A program made the position numbers and the translations under genes. Under the pieces are notes generated by a model. It ran no database searches. It saw only the letters and a program-made list of their open reading frames with translations, and was not told the DNA's origin. A stretch of DNA of 63,470 nucleotides, the filler included, from Phoronis australis (lineage: Eukaryota; Animalia; Phoronida): assembly GCA_002633005.1 (NCBI GenBank). It is 10 parts of 10 records of this genome, joined end to end, with 100 filler letters (N's around TTAATTAATTAA, not from the genome) between each part and the next. Parts side by side here need not be neighbours in the genome. Positions count along the whole stretch, not along the records: positions 48,021 to 52,260 come from NMRA01002652.1; positions 52,361 to 55,147 come from NMRA01003423.1; positions 55,248 to 57,644 come from NMRA01003692.1; positions 57,745 to 63,470 come from NMRA01002283.1; 6 more parts are not named here. The stretch is one strand, 5' to 3'. Positions 50,860 through 63,470 of this stretch are shown piece after piece. Within the stretch, counting starts at the first letter, position 1, and each line of letters starts with the position of its first letter.

Positions 50860-52260
50860 ATTAATAGTCGTCGCACCCTTTAAATTACAACGCAAGTAGC
50901 AGAAGGGTTCTTGCACGAAGCACAAGCTGGGTGATGCAACACCCATTCTCTGGGCCGCAAAACAGATAAATACATCTCTTGCATGTGTTTTTTAACTTGT
51001 GCTTCAATCCAGCCTGTTACTAATGAAATGAAAATATCCAATCAGCCTTGACCAGTGGAAGAATAAGAGTTAAATGTGATTGGCAGATCGAAACAGTACA
51101 AATTTCAAGATTTAGACCTATTTTTAATGAAATGAATGAGAAACAATGACTGCGATTACTCTAACGACAACGATAAGTATACACAGTGCCTTAAAGATTG
51201 ACAGGATTGACTTTAAGGTCTAAAGTTCCGTTTCGTGTTTGGTACAGTTCTCTCTACTACCAATCAACAAGATTTTCACATATTTTGCTGTAAGCATTTT
51301 AATAGTGTTCTGAAAGACTAATGAAACGTTTCAACTTTTGGAACACCAAAACATTACTTTTCCAAAAAGTGGCCTAAAACCTATTTTTTTGTGTCGGTGC
51401 GTCGTTACCGAGATGTATTCGAAACAGTTGTGTTATGCTCAATATAGATGCACAGAATGTTTTCCTTTGGTTTTGTTTCTTATCAAACTTATTTCTCGGT
51501 AATTTTAAAACAGAAATGTTGACAATTCTCCCAATGTAAACAGTCAATAAATAACAAAAAAAGGAAAATCCTGGCATGCAACTGTTCTTCTAATAAGCCT
51601 TTCTGACTGATAAACACAATAGTTTTGGAAATCTGTGAACTGGAATAAATTGCTCCCTGTAGCGAATATGCTGAACAAAAACTTGAACAAAATACCTCCT
51701 ATTAGAGAAACTTCAATCCTATGAGCCAGAAGGTTGACAAAACATGGTAAATTAACAACTAGCACTTGTTGAGACACTAACCAGTTGTTACCTAATGTTG
51801 ATAAAAGACCACTTCACAGTTAACAGCACACTGGTAATATTGTCTTGTGGGAAGATAACAAACACCAATAATCTTAAGTAATAAAATTGCATAATTATAT
51901 TCAACAACATCATGGACAAAAACAACATAAAACAATTAGGTGTCAGAAATATGACAGACTTCTAGGACAAATCTGGCCTATTGCATTACTTTAATTACTA
52001 GATTTGTTGAACAAACTAAACTGATGTAGTTCACTAGTTTTTGGTTGTTCCCTTAGCACAGCAAGAGTGAGCATTTTGAAATGAGACAAGCTAAAGTTCT
52101 GGTTTGGTTTCCTCTAAAATCATACAATTCAACATGTTATAAAACATTTTTACTTGGCGGAATTCTTCGAATTCCGTCAAGTATGTTGCTCTGACAGCAA
52201 GTTTTTTTTTTTTTACTTGGCAGAATTCTTCGAATTCCGTCAAGTATGTTGCTCTGACAG

Positions 52261-52360
52261 NNNNNNNNNNNNNNNNNNNNNNNNNNNNNNNNNNNNNNNN
52301 NNNNTTAATTAATTAANNNNNNNNNNNNNNNNNNNNNNNNNNNNNNNNNNNNNNNNNNNN
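52261..52360. other. Artificial contig-joining spacer
   Basis: N44-TTAATTAATTAA-N44. Confidence 0.97.
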
Positions 52361-52488
52361 GGTGGAGCTCTTTCTTAACTTGTATGGCTACAAAGTCCTC
52401 TGTTGACTTTATAATTGGTATAAGAGGAGCAAGCGACTGCACTTCATTCACATATTCAAGGGTTCTTAGTGTGTGTCTGCAACTTTAA

Positions 52489-53395
52489 AAAGTTCCCACC
52501 ATGACCCTGTGTCTCAAAAAGAGATTTATTAATACATCTTCAGAGATTTAATAACCTTTCGTATACCTGTTGCTAAGAAACAAGCCAACAATTTTTAAAA
52601 AATAATTTTTCTGTTATCGGGGTTGTACATAGGTGGAAGACCGTCTCCGCTATTGTTGTTTTACAAGTGCGATACCGAACAGTTGAGAGGAAAGTCCGGG
52701 GAGAGCCGCCTCTTTGTTCTTTCAGACATCAAAAAGTGCGTTTGTGGAGGCTGTAGCAACAGCAGCTTGACCGAGAACGTCTCTGTGTTCTAATTTCCTA
52801 AAGACGGTTTGTGTGCCATACCAGAGTGTGCAATATCAGTGTCGGGAACATGCGATTCTGTCGGGAGCCACACTTTGTGCGGCATATTTCAAGGAATCGT
52901 GTTTCGACCAAACACAAAAGCGGTGTGACGGTATATGTAAGTGTATTTGCAAATTTTATAAATAACGAAGAAACTGCTTCCATTCTAGAGCGAGTGATGG
53001 AAGTCTCTCATACCCGGCCCAAGTCGAGTGCTGCGACACATAGACTTATGCATTGTGACCATTCCATCATGGCAACAGTAAACTGGAGTGACCCAGGTTT
53101 ACTGTGGCCTTTGTCAGTGATTATTAAGTGTCTATTTTGCATAATAGTTGTCCAGTTCTCGCTCAAAGTCGTCCTCGTCTTCTGATCTGCCATTGTAATT
53201 GATTGTCAACTGACCATTCAAAAGTTTTCCACCCATTACATCATTTGGCGGGAAACTTGAAAGTAACTATTTTTTAAATAAAAAATCGTGACTATTTGGC
53301 GTAAAAAGTGCTTATTTAGTTAGATTTTATGGTATTCATATCATATTAGCTAACTGAAACCTCAAAAACTAAGAAAATGCTTGGTGGGAACTCAT
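52489..53395 (+). mobile_element. Kolobok-like non-autonomous element, same family as 4845-5783
   Basis: TTAA at 52485-52488 and 53396-53399; TIR core AGTTCCCACCA. THAP remnant IKKCVCGGCSNSSLTENVSVF*FPKD...AILSGATLCAAYFKESCFD at 52728-52925 (+); convergent MADQ/DEDDFERELDNYYAK from 53193 (-). Confidence 0.75.
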
Positions 53396-54472
53396 TTAAA
53401 TTTGAATGGCAACTAATGAACAAAGTATTAACTTGCGACCGCAAATAAGATGACAACACACACAGCAGTCCCGAGAAAGTATTGAAATCTTGTCACATCT
53501 TCCACACCTTCGTTGCGCATGTCAGAATTATAAAACGACCCTAGTTTCCGAAAGAGCTCACACGGTGGATATGTGTTAGTGGGATTCTTTCGGAAATACC
53601 GGTATATGTGAAACTCCACTGTAATTCGAGACATGCGCCTGTATGGCAAACACTTCAGTAAAACCGTAGAGCAAGCTTTTAAAATTACACATGAATGACT
53701 ATTGACCCCATGTGTTACAACACTGTTGTTGGTGTTCTTTTAAGTTGGAGTGAACTGATTAAATGAAATGCACAAACATCAGACATATCCCTATGCCTAT
53801 AAGTTTGGCGCAACCCCGTCTAGTCGTCAGGTACGGCAAATAAAGCGCAGACATCAGGCCGTTATCAAGTTGTTGTTAATCATTTCCTTCGAAAATTGTC
53901 GTTACCCTTCTCCTCCTTGCAACACTATCCTAGGTCCACCAGTGACATGCGCAGAACATTTGAACAAAAGTACTTTGAAAAACGCAATAAATGAAAAAAT
54001 AATTCACGGATCACCACCGAACTTTCAGAACATGAGGGCGAATTCATATGTAAACCCTGTTGTTTTCTGGTGAAATGGACACAAGTGGCACTGCTGTTTT
54101 AAATTCACCGGGGATTCACAGGCTTGCCGTAGTTTTCGACTGCATGACCACGAAGAGCAAACTATAACTGAATTTTGCATTACGCCTCGTAAGGACTCGA
54201 CAATAAAATGCGAATTTCTTTTGAAATAGCGAATAAATAACGAAAATAGGCTTGGCGATGAATTCATGACCTCAGTGTGTGAATATTACCTGTTTGTTTC
54301 GACATGGAATCTTTCAGTTTAGGGTCAAATTGGTATGCACCAGTGGTAGTGCTGCGACTTGGCTGGCAATGTTTAATATTAGTTAGATCTTGACGGGTCA
54401 GATTATGCACTCACAATAAAAACGTTTCTCCGATAGAAAATAATGTTCGTTTAGTAATGAGTATTTACGAAC

Positions 54473-54651
54473 CTTATATGTCTTTCTGACACTTCGAAGA
54501 AGTTTAAGCATAGTTTCCGGTCCACGGCCACAATTAAATCCTACAACACTCGCCCCAGCTTCCTTTAATCTGGTAAGAGCTTCTGCGAAAGGAACGCCGT
54601 CGAATGTAGTAGTCTCCAAAGCAGTTGATAAAGTCACAACTGCTGGCAACC
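54473..54651 (-). CDS. Homocysteine S-methyltransferase (BHMT-like), internal exon GLPAVVTL...DGVPFAEALTRLKEAGASVVGFNCGRGPETML
   Basis: tttcag/gt boundaries; AGA.VVG.NC Zn-ligand motif of the S-methyl_trans family. Confidence 0.85.
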
Positions 54652-55147
54652 CTGAAACAATCGAATTAAAGTTTTAAGGTCTGAGTCTGCACGGGAATCG
54701 GTCTGCCACGGGTTAAGTGTTTTATCCTGACTAATTAGTGCCAAGGTCTACCGGTGGTAAGTCTAGGACACACATACTTTTTGTTTGCTCTGAAAATGCC
54801 AAGAATTAACTTCCGGCTGGGTAAGAAATCATCTGGGTCGTGTCGTGTGTGAGACCCACCCTAATAATAGTTCATTTAATTGCCAGGAAAATAATGCAAA
54901 TTTTGGACTAAGATAGAAAAGTTTGGGCAAGTGGCACATTCATATGAGTATTCCCAATTTGCTAATTTGCTGAGAACAGTTTCATGGTGTTCCCCTAAAA
55001 CGGTGTACCTCTAAATGCTTAGAGAGTTCTTTGAACACTGTAAAGAATTTTGACTGTGCTGTCACTACCAGTCATCTACGTTAAAACATATTTGTCCTGC
55101 AAACAGCGTGTTTCTTCACATTGTCGAGGTGCTTTCTGCGAAAAAAA

Positions 55148-55247
55148 NNNNNNNNNNNNNNNNNNNNNNNNNNNNNNNNNNNNNNNNNNNNTTAATTAAT
55201 TAANNNNNNNNNNNNNNNNNNNNNNNNNNNNNNNNNNNNNNNNNNNN
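55148..55247. other. Artificial contig-joining spacer
   Basis: N44-TTAATTAATTAA-N44. Confidence 0.97.
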
Positions 55248-57490
55248 TTTTTTTTTTTTTTTTAGTCCTCCCAATTTTTGTCAAGGCTGGTTAGCGGGCA
55301 TGATTTGGGCCGTAAAAGTTTCCGCGTTTTTTGTCATTGGTCATTCCAAGCCCTGTAAGCTCCAATAGGTCTTGAAATTTGAACCTCCTGGGTGGTTTGG
55401 CTCGTCACCTTGTCGAACATTGCTGTTACATTAAAAACTGGTTCCCGGCAGCCATTATTAATTACAATACTGTCAATAGGGACTCGTTTATACTTGACTT
55501 TTACCCCCTCACCTTGCCCCAATCATTTAAGTGAAAAACACTCTAATAAACTTCATTTTCTTGCATAATTCTTCACCTTTTGTAACAAAGAAAAGTCTAT
55601 CGGCATTTTGAGAATACTAGGCTAAGTTTCTTTGCGTCATCTCTCAGCAGATGAGGGGAGCTTAAATTGTCTTATTATTAAAATAATAAAAACTTGTTAT
55701 GAAATGAAACCAGTTCTGATGATTTGCTGTGGCATTGTACGCAACCTTGTGGAAGAAGAGCAGACTGACGAATCGTCGAAAAATGAAAATGGCCAATATG
55801 TGACGTTATATTTCATGGCACTGAAAGCCAGCACAAAAGATCACTCCATAACTTCTAGCAGAATAACGGTAGAACGGCAATTTTTCTAAAACTGGTAAAT
55901 AATTTACTAAAAGAATAATGTAGTTTTTAAGGACTTTAATTAATTTTGTGTCAGATTTTATTTCGTCAGTTTTTTTGCCCACATCGGCGCAAAGCTATAT
56001 ATTTAGTACATGTAGCTTCGTACCAAGGCTAATACCCAAATGGCCTACGGTCCAGCTGACTATGCCATGATACCATCAGCCCCTAAAACTGGCTGAATCG
56101 CTATATTAGTGACCTCAGAATTGCAGAACGGCATGCCAGTCTGCTACCCTTCAGATTAACACGAATATAGCACTGATACAATTGCAGATTAGCAGCCCAC
56201 AATGCAACTCTGACCGCATAAGCTTGACGCCAAGTCGCCAAATGCGACTTCGTGACAATCTCAGGTCACCAAATTATATGCATGGGATTAGTGTTCACAG
56301 ACCTCACTACACCAAGACTAGGCTAGGTTAGGTGCTTTTGTCTCTTAGGACAACAAAGGAATGCTGGAGACAACAAGTCACGCCCCGGCCAAGCAGCAAC
56401 TTATTCCCTTTCATAAAGACATGCCTGAGTTAATTGAGCTTTAAATCTTTGTTAGAAAGTAGTGCACCTAATTATTTCTACCAGATTACCGTAGGTTTAT
56501 TGTATTGGCAATTCAGTGGGTATGGTAATTTACTGTCTACATGTGATAGGGGTGAATGGGGTGTAGTTTGTAAACGCAAGTCATAAGTCATGAAAAAACT
56601 GATGTCGAAATCGTCAACCAAAAAACCCGAAGAATGCAAGCCATCGGATAAATGGGAGGCATGTGTTTCATACTCCGTCTTTGCCCAATTTTTCCGAACA
56701 ATTCTGACTTCTGTCTGTTTACTTCATTTTGTAATGTAAGTGCATGTTTGATGTGTGGTGGCTGTTTTGGCAAATGTACTGATTTCATGAAATAAACGGA
56801 ACAATTGTGAACCAAAGGTATTCAATCTGTAAAAACTGTTAGTAATTTAAAGTTTAGAAGTCGATCACCACAAATTTTGAAACGCATATTAGCAGCCATT
56901 CAGTTAGTCTTCTAGGCTATATCAAACCATGAGACCGCTAGGGGTGCTAATTTCTTAGACTATCTTGAAAACTTGAATTACCATCATATACCATAAAGCA
57001 TGATCCTTGATTTCACCTTGGTGGACTACTAGTAGGCAAAGGAAACAAGGAATGCACAAAGATGGATTACCTACTAGCCATTTGACTGCTTGGTAGCTAA
57101 TCGCTTACAGGGGTCAGAGCTGGTTTTAATGCCCACTATTCAGTGGAGACTACTGGTTCTCTGAATCCGGGACCCCTATAGGTGGCTTTTAGTATTACAG
57201 CTCGCTTTCTTTTCAATTGAGAGCAGCACTGCCATTAATTGTAAATATTTGCCAAAGTAATTTGAGAGAGATTAAAACTTTCCTGTAAATGTGCTAGAAC
57301 TTAAAATAGCTCTTTTAAGTTCATACTGTTTTGTCACTTGTCTAATTGTATACATTGAACAGAGGAATTGTTCACAAAGATGTACTCACTCTAGTTTTGT
57401 CATAATTTTTTTATTTCAGGATAAATCCAAGAACTAAAATACTTCTTTGCAGTGCGTTTTAGTGTTTGTTGTACGTAACATCTCATCGCC

Positions 57491-57644
57491 ATGACGACTA
57501 TCAAGATTGAGAACTTTACTTCCGTGACGGAGTCCGCTTTCACGGAAGCAGCACATGGCGGTAATCGTACGACAGCGGCGCCTTTGAGTATCCAATCACC
57601 CGAGTTTGCCTGGCTGGTGGCCGTCTGCTTTGCGGCCATCGTAT
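57491..57644 (+). CDS. Probable membrane protein (class A GPCR-like) N-terminus, truncated by contig end
   Basis: tttcag acceptor at 57419; gccATG Kozak; two N-glycosylation sequons (NFT, NRT); hydrophobic segment FAWLVAVCFAAIV begins at about residue 39. Confidence 0.5.
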
Positions 57645-57744
57645 NNNNNNNNNNNNNNNNNNNNNNNNNNNNNNNNNNNNNNNNNNNNTTAATTAATTAA
57701 NNNNNNNNNNNNNNNNNNNNNNNNNNNNNNNNNNNNNNNNNNNN
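57645..57744. other. Artificial contig-joining spacer
   Basis: N44-TTAATTAATTAA-N44. Confidence 0.97.
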
Positions 57745-57749
57745 ACAGG

Positions 57750-58040
57750 CGGTTTAAAAATGCCTTGTGCTCGGCTGCTCAGGGCGTTGAGACCGGATGA
57801 AAAAATCCTTGGCACATCCCTCCGTGTTTTTACCCTGGACTTTTTGTCAGTGATATTGTCTCGAAGAGCGAAGGCATCATCACGAGTCAACTTTATGGAG
57901 TTTGTCCCATGAGCGAATCCTCCACAACGTAGCACTTCTTCACGGTATAATTCAGTTGTTATATGAAAAGGAACACCTGGAGACCAACGGAAGAACCGCT
58001 CGTCTGGCAATAAAGCTGTTGATGTACTCGACTGTAGGGG
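57750..58040 (-). mobile_element. Decayed CR1/L2-type LINE 3' coding remnant, intronic
   Basis: FAHG...AFALRDNIT.KKSRVKTRRDVPRIFSS.LNALSS resembles the CR1 ORF2 C-terminal KxRxRxDVRKxFFS..VNxWNxL motif. Confidence 0.4.
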
Positions 58041-58148
58041 CAGCGCGACTTAACTGCTATAAAAATAACCCTTTACACAAAAAATGACATGAATCTCTTG
58101 ATAATCTAGACATGTATCTAACACTTGACAATAGACGGGCAACGTTAC

Positions 58149-58346
58149 CTGTACGTCTAAGGGAAAGTCGTTGAGTTCTAATGTCTCCAGAAATATTCCT
58201 TTAACCCGCCGCCTCTCCACTACGTAAGCTTCACCATTCTCGCTAAGGGTTGCGCATAACCATGTACACTCCTTTTGTTCGTTTAGGATATTGTCAATGT
58301 ACAGCAAAGGGTTCCAGAATTTTTCTAGTTCCACTCTCTTCAGCTC
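58149..58346 (-). CDS. Pentameric ligand-gated ion channel, Cys-less type; extracellular-domain exon (FWNPLLYIDN...GIFLETLELNDFPLDVQ)
   Basis: ttccag/gtaac boundaries, 66 codons; WxPxLxxxN loop A and FPxDxQ Pro-loop. Confidence 0.88.
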
Positions 58347-59130
58347 CTGGAAGTTAGAAACAGATGGCAATTGAAATAAACTTTTCTACTATCAGTTCAA
58401 CACGAATCTTTCCCGAAGAGTTAAATGTATTTGAAGTATACTGCCTGCGCAGTGCTCACGTGACAACAGTTTCCTCCTTACTCTAATATTCTTGTCCAAC
58501 GTCATTATGAAAGGCTTCTTAATCAAGGGGTTTATATAAAAATCCTACTTTATTTCATAGCAATGTGCTACCTGGTGCTTTACAGTTGACATTGCCATGC
58601 TTAAAACCTGTGCACGCGCGATAATGACCACGTGGCAACCTATTGCAACAGTTGTGAGAAAATGCGTTAACTAAAGAACGATCCAGTTTACGACGTGTAA
58701 CTGAACATTTGAGATATCCTTGTTATTGGGTTCCCGTCACAAAATTCACTTCGTGCTCCCACGTTTTCTAGAACTTTAACCTCGAAGTCTTCCTGGTACT
58801 CGCTCCGTAGACACAATACACTCGCACTGCAAGCGAAGCACGTGATCACGCTAGGTTTACTGGCGATGCTCTTGGGGCTACCTACGGAAGCCATAGAATC
58901 TTTTTTTTGGTAAACATGTATCGTGTTGTATGTTTTTGGATAAAATAAGCCGGTCGAACATTATCTATGTTGAACTTTTATAACCAAATGGCACTGAATT
59001 TGTGTAATGTAGTACACCCATGTTATATTCATAGATGTATGTAACAATTGTAAAACCTGAAATCAACTGTGGCCTTTGGTCTAATATTAGCCTTATCACT
59101 TGACTTACTTCAACGCACCACGTGACTTAC

Positions 59131-59259
59131 CTCTGGTGACTTTTTGTCAAGGCACGGTTCTCTCCACTTGGCTTGTATGAAGGTGTCCGCATGGTATTGT
59201 TCTTTCAGCGTGTCTATTTCTCCTACTTTCAAAAACACAACTCGTATTTCGACTAGTAC
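59131..59259 (-). CDS. Same pLGIC, upstream exon VLVEIRVVFLKVGEIDTLKEQYHADTFIQAKWREPCLDKKSPE
   Basis: ttgcag/gtaagt boundaries, 43 codons, phase 0; beta1-beta2 xxEID and WxEPxL motifs; absent from the ORF track. Confidence 0.88.
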
Positions 59260-60051
59260 CTGCAAAAGAGGTAACTACGGGTTCAGACAGGCTTAACAAA
59301 TTAACTAACATTCAACAGATTTATCGAAATAGATAATGATTTCGTTTTCAAAAGGTGAAAGTTTGTCACGAATATTATATCCTTATATTCAACGTGTACG
59401 TTCAGTGCCTTTTAGGCTCGTTAAATGCAGTCATGATATTCTGAAATGCCACAGCGCCCTCTCTGATTCTGGGAGTATTAACCAGCAAAACAGCGCGTCA
59501 ATAGAACATTTGCTGTGGTGCTAATTATCCTTTTACAGAAATATTATTTCGGCGCACCTCATTCTAAGTCTAGTAAATTTTACTGTTACACGATGAGCTG
59601 TAATGATGGGACCAAAAACAACAAACAGGTTGGGGGTGCGACGATCGTTCCTTTCTTGACCGAAACGTGTTGCAGAAATGCCTTCGCGAATGTAGGTTAA
59701 TCATACAAAGCGTTTTTCTACCTCCACGTGGAGAGCTGAAATCGGGATGCGCATATTCTCCGCTTTAGGATTCCCCTGAAACAGCAACCGTGTTTCAGCA
59801 TTGTCCTAGAATAAAGGTAAATCTGGCCCATACTTGAAATTCGGCAAATTATGCATGCCTACAAGTTACCAATGAATTTCGGTCGTTTTAACCGGCGAGG
59901 ATTTGGTCGTGGTGTTTTCACGAATATTAGATAAGGAAATTCGCTGTTTGCCCAAGACCAAAAAGTACATATGCAGAACTTATGCTTTCAAGAAGCCAGC
60001 GAACTAAATCTGCACCTGCCAGCCGCCAAGGAAGCTAACCTTCAAGTTCAT

Positions 60052-60129
60052 GTGACGGAGTGTGGCCTAGTGAGATCAATATCCGCTTCCTTCACCCGAG
60101 GTCGTGTGTTCGAGTCCCACTGGGTCACA
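60052..60129 (+). mobile_element. tRNA-derived sequence (SINE head or tRNA pseudogene)
   Basis: A box TGGCCTAGTG, B box GTTCGAGTCC, GTGAC/GTCAC acceptor-like pairing; anticodon arm does not fold. Confidence 0.55.
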
Positions 60130-60144
60130 CTGTTAGACCCCTTT

Positions 60145-60530
60145 GCCCAGTTGCATGAAACAGTCCCAAGACTCAACTAAGGTCCTTAAATCTTTTTCGT
60201 ATTTGTCTCGTTCTTCAGGCACAGATGTAATATTTTTCTATATTTTTATCTTTATTATGAGCTCTTCTTTGACTAATGACATTTTCTAATAATATAACTT
60301 AAAAACTGAGCCCTTAATTCAATCAAAAGAGTTAGACACTTTGCCCTTAAATTGGGGGCGTTGCATAAAAATATCCCTACTTATTTTCAATAATATTTAG
60401 AATTCGATCTAGATTTCACTCTCGATTTGTATGAAAGCCAAAAATTGGCGTAGCAATGACACTCAAACAGCACAAGATAGGACAATCAATGTTTTCACAA
60501 GCCCGCAAATACGCAGTAGATTTAGGGACC
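60145..60530 (-). mobile_element. Second copy of the 3003-3448 MITE
   Basis: Collinear reverse-complement similarity over about 380 bp. Confidence 0.8.
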
Positions 60531-61429
60531 ATGTTCGCCGCATAAGGTCATGGCTCGCCGTGACAGATCATCTTATTGAGCCTGGTCTCAAGCAATCTCG
60601 AACTAAGACTTCGATTCTGGCCGAGCCCAGAATAAGGCAGAAACAAGTGAACATCAGGCGATGCGTGGAGGGATGTACAGAAAGTAAACACTCATCATCA
60701 TTGAATTAACATCACAGTGAACTGGTCTGCATAAAGAAAAACTCTGGGATAAAGTTGCTTCATTGCCTTAAATAAATTGTACTGCAAGGGCAACGCAATG
60801 AAACATGAGTCGAGCGGTACCGGGAATTCGTTTCCTAACATGTTCGCAGATACCAAGTGGCGAGACCGTCTCGTCCACGAGTCGGCTCACATGAGTCCGT
60901 CCAAAAAACTTTCGACAAAGAACAATTTTGAGGCAATAGGACATCTTTCTTAACAAGAATGGAATTTTAAACATTACTTTTAAAGAGGCATCAAAACAGA
61001 CAAGAAGTCGTTGTTTTACGACATCCACTAACTTATAAAACATTTGAATATGAATTACAGATTGTTATTGGCGCATGAAAGTTGAAAATTCTACTTCATT
61101 ACGCTAAACTGTACACGTCCTCTTCTGCGACATTCTTTTAAAGCCTTTTACATGTAGCCAGAGAACTCCGCATTTTTAGAAAAAGGCTGACGTCTTGATT
61201 TTTGACAGCCGAGCTCTCGGGCTAAATGCCTGTTAAAAAAGAAAATCAAAGTTTTGTGGGTAATAATAAAATAATGGCAGAGAATTTTCAAGTTTCGTGC
61301 AAAAAAGTCGTGTATGTGGAAATGTCGACGATCTCCATTAAAAATCTCTTTCATTAAAAAACGCAACCATCTGGGAATTGTTTTAATGCACACGCTGTAA
61401 TGTAGTTCTGTAATCATCAAAGATTTTTA

Positions 61430-61430
<1 letters not shown>

Positions 61431-61479
<49 letters not shown>
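61431..61479. repeat. (CA)n(TA)n microsatellite
   Basis: Direct reading. Confidence 0.95.
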
Positions 61480-61480
<1 letters not shown>

Positions 61481-61746
61481 AACTTAAGGTCAAAAATAGG
61501 GAATATGCCATTAATTGATGTTGTGAACATGTCACTTATATTAATACATCGGAGGGCAGTCAAATAATTCACTACAAGACCTTCCCTAACATGGAAATTT
61601 GGTTTTGCGAAAAAATTGTCGCAGTAGCATTAGCACAACTTGCAAGAAAGCAGTTGCGTAGATCACGATTGCAAACCGGCATCTTTACTAAAATCAAGCT
61701 TTTCAAAGGTATGATATCTTTCTAGATATTTGACTTTCGTATTGCT

Positions 61747-61848
61747 TGATTTGCTCATATACAAAGCCTGTTGCCGTAGAAGAGCGACGGATCATTGTTT
61801 GATTTGCTCACATACAAAATCGGTTGTCGTAGAAGAGCGACGGATCAA
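61747..61848. repeat. Tandem duplication of about 52 bp (TTGATTTGCTCAYATACAAA...GTAGAAGAGCGACGGATCA), 2 copies
   Basis: Direct reading. Confidence 0.85.
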
Positions 61849-63470
61849 TGCGGCAGCTCTCTGGGAAACCACGGCCCAGGTAAACTCCTAAAAAATCTCG
61901 GTTGTCGGATAAAGTTAGGATGAAGGGAAGTTATACCCATTGAACCGCACAGTTATCCAAAGCTTAATGCTTTTGATGCCCGCGTGCGGTGACATGTGGA
62001 GATAACTCTAACCAGATATCAATAAGCTAATAGGAGTTGGTGTTGTCTTAGGAAGTAAATGAACATATTTATTTTGGGGCTAGTTTGTTTCCTTTAGCGC
62101 ACCCTGCTGGCAAGAAGTCATTCTACAAGACAACCAGTGGCGAACGGGACTACATATGCGTGTATTTCAAGAAGCGTGCACCGAATAATTGTTTGTCTAT
62201 CGTTAACTAATATTCATTGATTGGATATTAATCCCGCTGAGCTGAGGTCATCAATGCTACGCATACCGCTTAGTGTTTTGATTACGGTAGATTATGTTTT
62301 TAGTGCCTGGCTTGAACCCGAACATTGGCATCTTCATGTATTGTGCTTTTTGTTAACTTAGCGCGACTTACCGCGTCGTGTCTTAAACTGAATTACAACA
62401 AACTCCATGGAAAAAACAGATTTTAGAAAAATGAAACGGTCAGGTGGACGTAACTAGGCCGCAGTCTTGTCAAATTATTATAAATACATACACAAAACGT
62501 ACCGAGAGTGGCGTACATGAAGTAATATCCCACTCGACATTATTCCGGTCTCGGTCGAGTGGGATATTACTTCATGAACGCTCATCGAGGTACATTTTGT
62601 ATTTATCCCATACGCTTCAAATTCCTAACTTAATTTGACTTTTCCGAAGATTTTTTAAATACTTCACTCTGACTGTTCACGTGGCGGGTCACATCCTATA
62701 TGTATGTACTTGCGCGTTAGGCTGCAATTTTTCTCTAGTAAAAGAGACAGTTCTAAATGTGACGATTTATCACTTGAAAAGAGATAACAAAGATGAAAAT
62801 AAGTCAACTTTTCATTGAACTTGAAACATCTCCTGAAAATAGTCAGAAACAACAATATTTGATATTGTAGTTACCGAGGAATCGGCGCCTGAGTTGCAGA
62901 CGATAAAATATTTAGCGAATGAAAACTGAGACAGAACTGTCATGTAATTAACAGTCCTGTTCCAGATGTCACGATTGAGACCTGATTGTCTGTTGAGCGT
63001 TCTTTACACTGCTATAATTGTTTTACTTTAAACTCTTTTCCGAAAGTTTGGTGATCGAACCGGCTAATCGGACGTCCAGTCGACATGGACCTACCATTTA
63101 AACTTTCCATTTCAGGGGTCACTGATGAAATAGTGCGGGAGGTGAATACGGAAAACGTTATTACGTGGCCATATTTCAATCGACAGATTGAAAGCGTATG
63201 GGATAAATAAGTTTTATGGGTTGAATTAGTATAGTTGAAATTGCTCATTGAAAAGGGTACTTCACGATGGCCGGAACAGGGCCTTCGTACACATGTAAAT
63301 GTTGTAGACTACATGTAGTTAGTTAGTTTCGGCCTACCGTTGGTCCTGACAGGCCTGTGAACAACAGTTACAACGAACTGGTTAGACTACTCGTAATTAG
63401 TGAGTAGAAGGCTTGTTTTTCACTAACTCGCTCTTCCGCTCTTGATTTCACTCACCAACATTTAAAAGCG

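Noticed and set aside
50407-50946. 179-aa ORF, the longest in the track
   Set aside because: Runs through a GC-rich MITE and a poly-T tract, with no recognisable domain.
52148-52260. ~63-bp tandem duplication at a contig end
   Set aside because: Near-identical and adjacent to a spacer; probably an assembly edge artefact.
63027-63110. Candidate first exon of the pLGIC (MESLNGRS...GKEFK|gtaaaa, phase 0)
   Set aside because: Weak donor, no signal peptide, and it lies between inverted repeats that look transposon-derived; needs RNA evidence.

Overview
This is eukaryotic (metazoan, AT-rich, invertebrate-like) genomic DNA, not one continuous locus. Nine artificial 100-nt spacers (N44-TTAATTAATTAA-N44) join ten unrelated contigs, and there is one true N gap at 46337-46456. 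Most entries in the ORF track are spurious. Reading GT/AG boundaries and phases gives intron-split exons of six host genes: a cadherin-repeat protein (-), the MYST acetyltransferase KAT7/HBO1 (+), a trypsin-like serine protease with a complete catalytic domain and an unusual Gly-Asn/Gly-Lys tail (-), a homocysteine S-methyltransferase/BHMT-like exon (-), a Cys-less pentameric ligand-gated ion channel (-) and a probable GPCR N-terminus (+). The rest is dense with transposon relics. Most notable are (i) three TTAA-flanked, short-TIR, Kolobok-like deletion elements that keep only the 5' ends of a THAP ORF and a convergent second ORF, and (ii) a 5.7-kb TTAA-flanked, long-TIR, Sola3-like element carrying a decayed spliced gene resembling an NRF1/ewg DNA-binding domain. 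An Academ-type transposase fragment, LINE remnants, MITEs and microsatellites are also present. All family assignments come from motif recognition by eye; no database searches were run.
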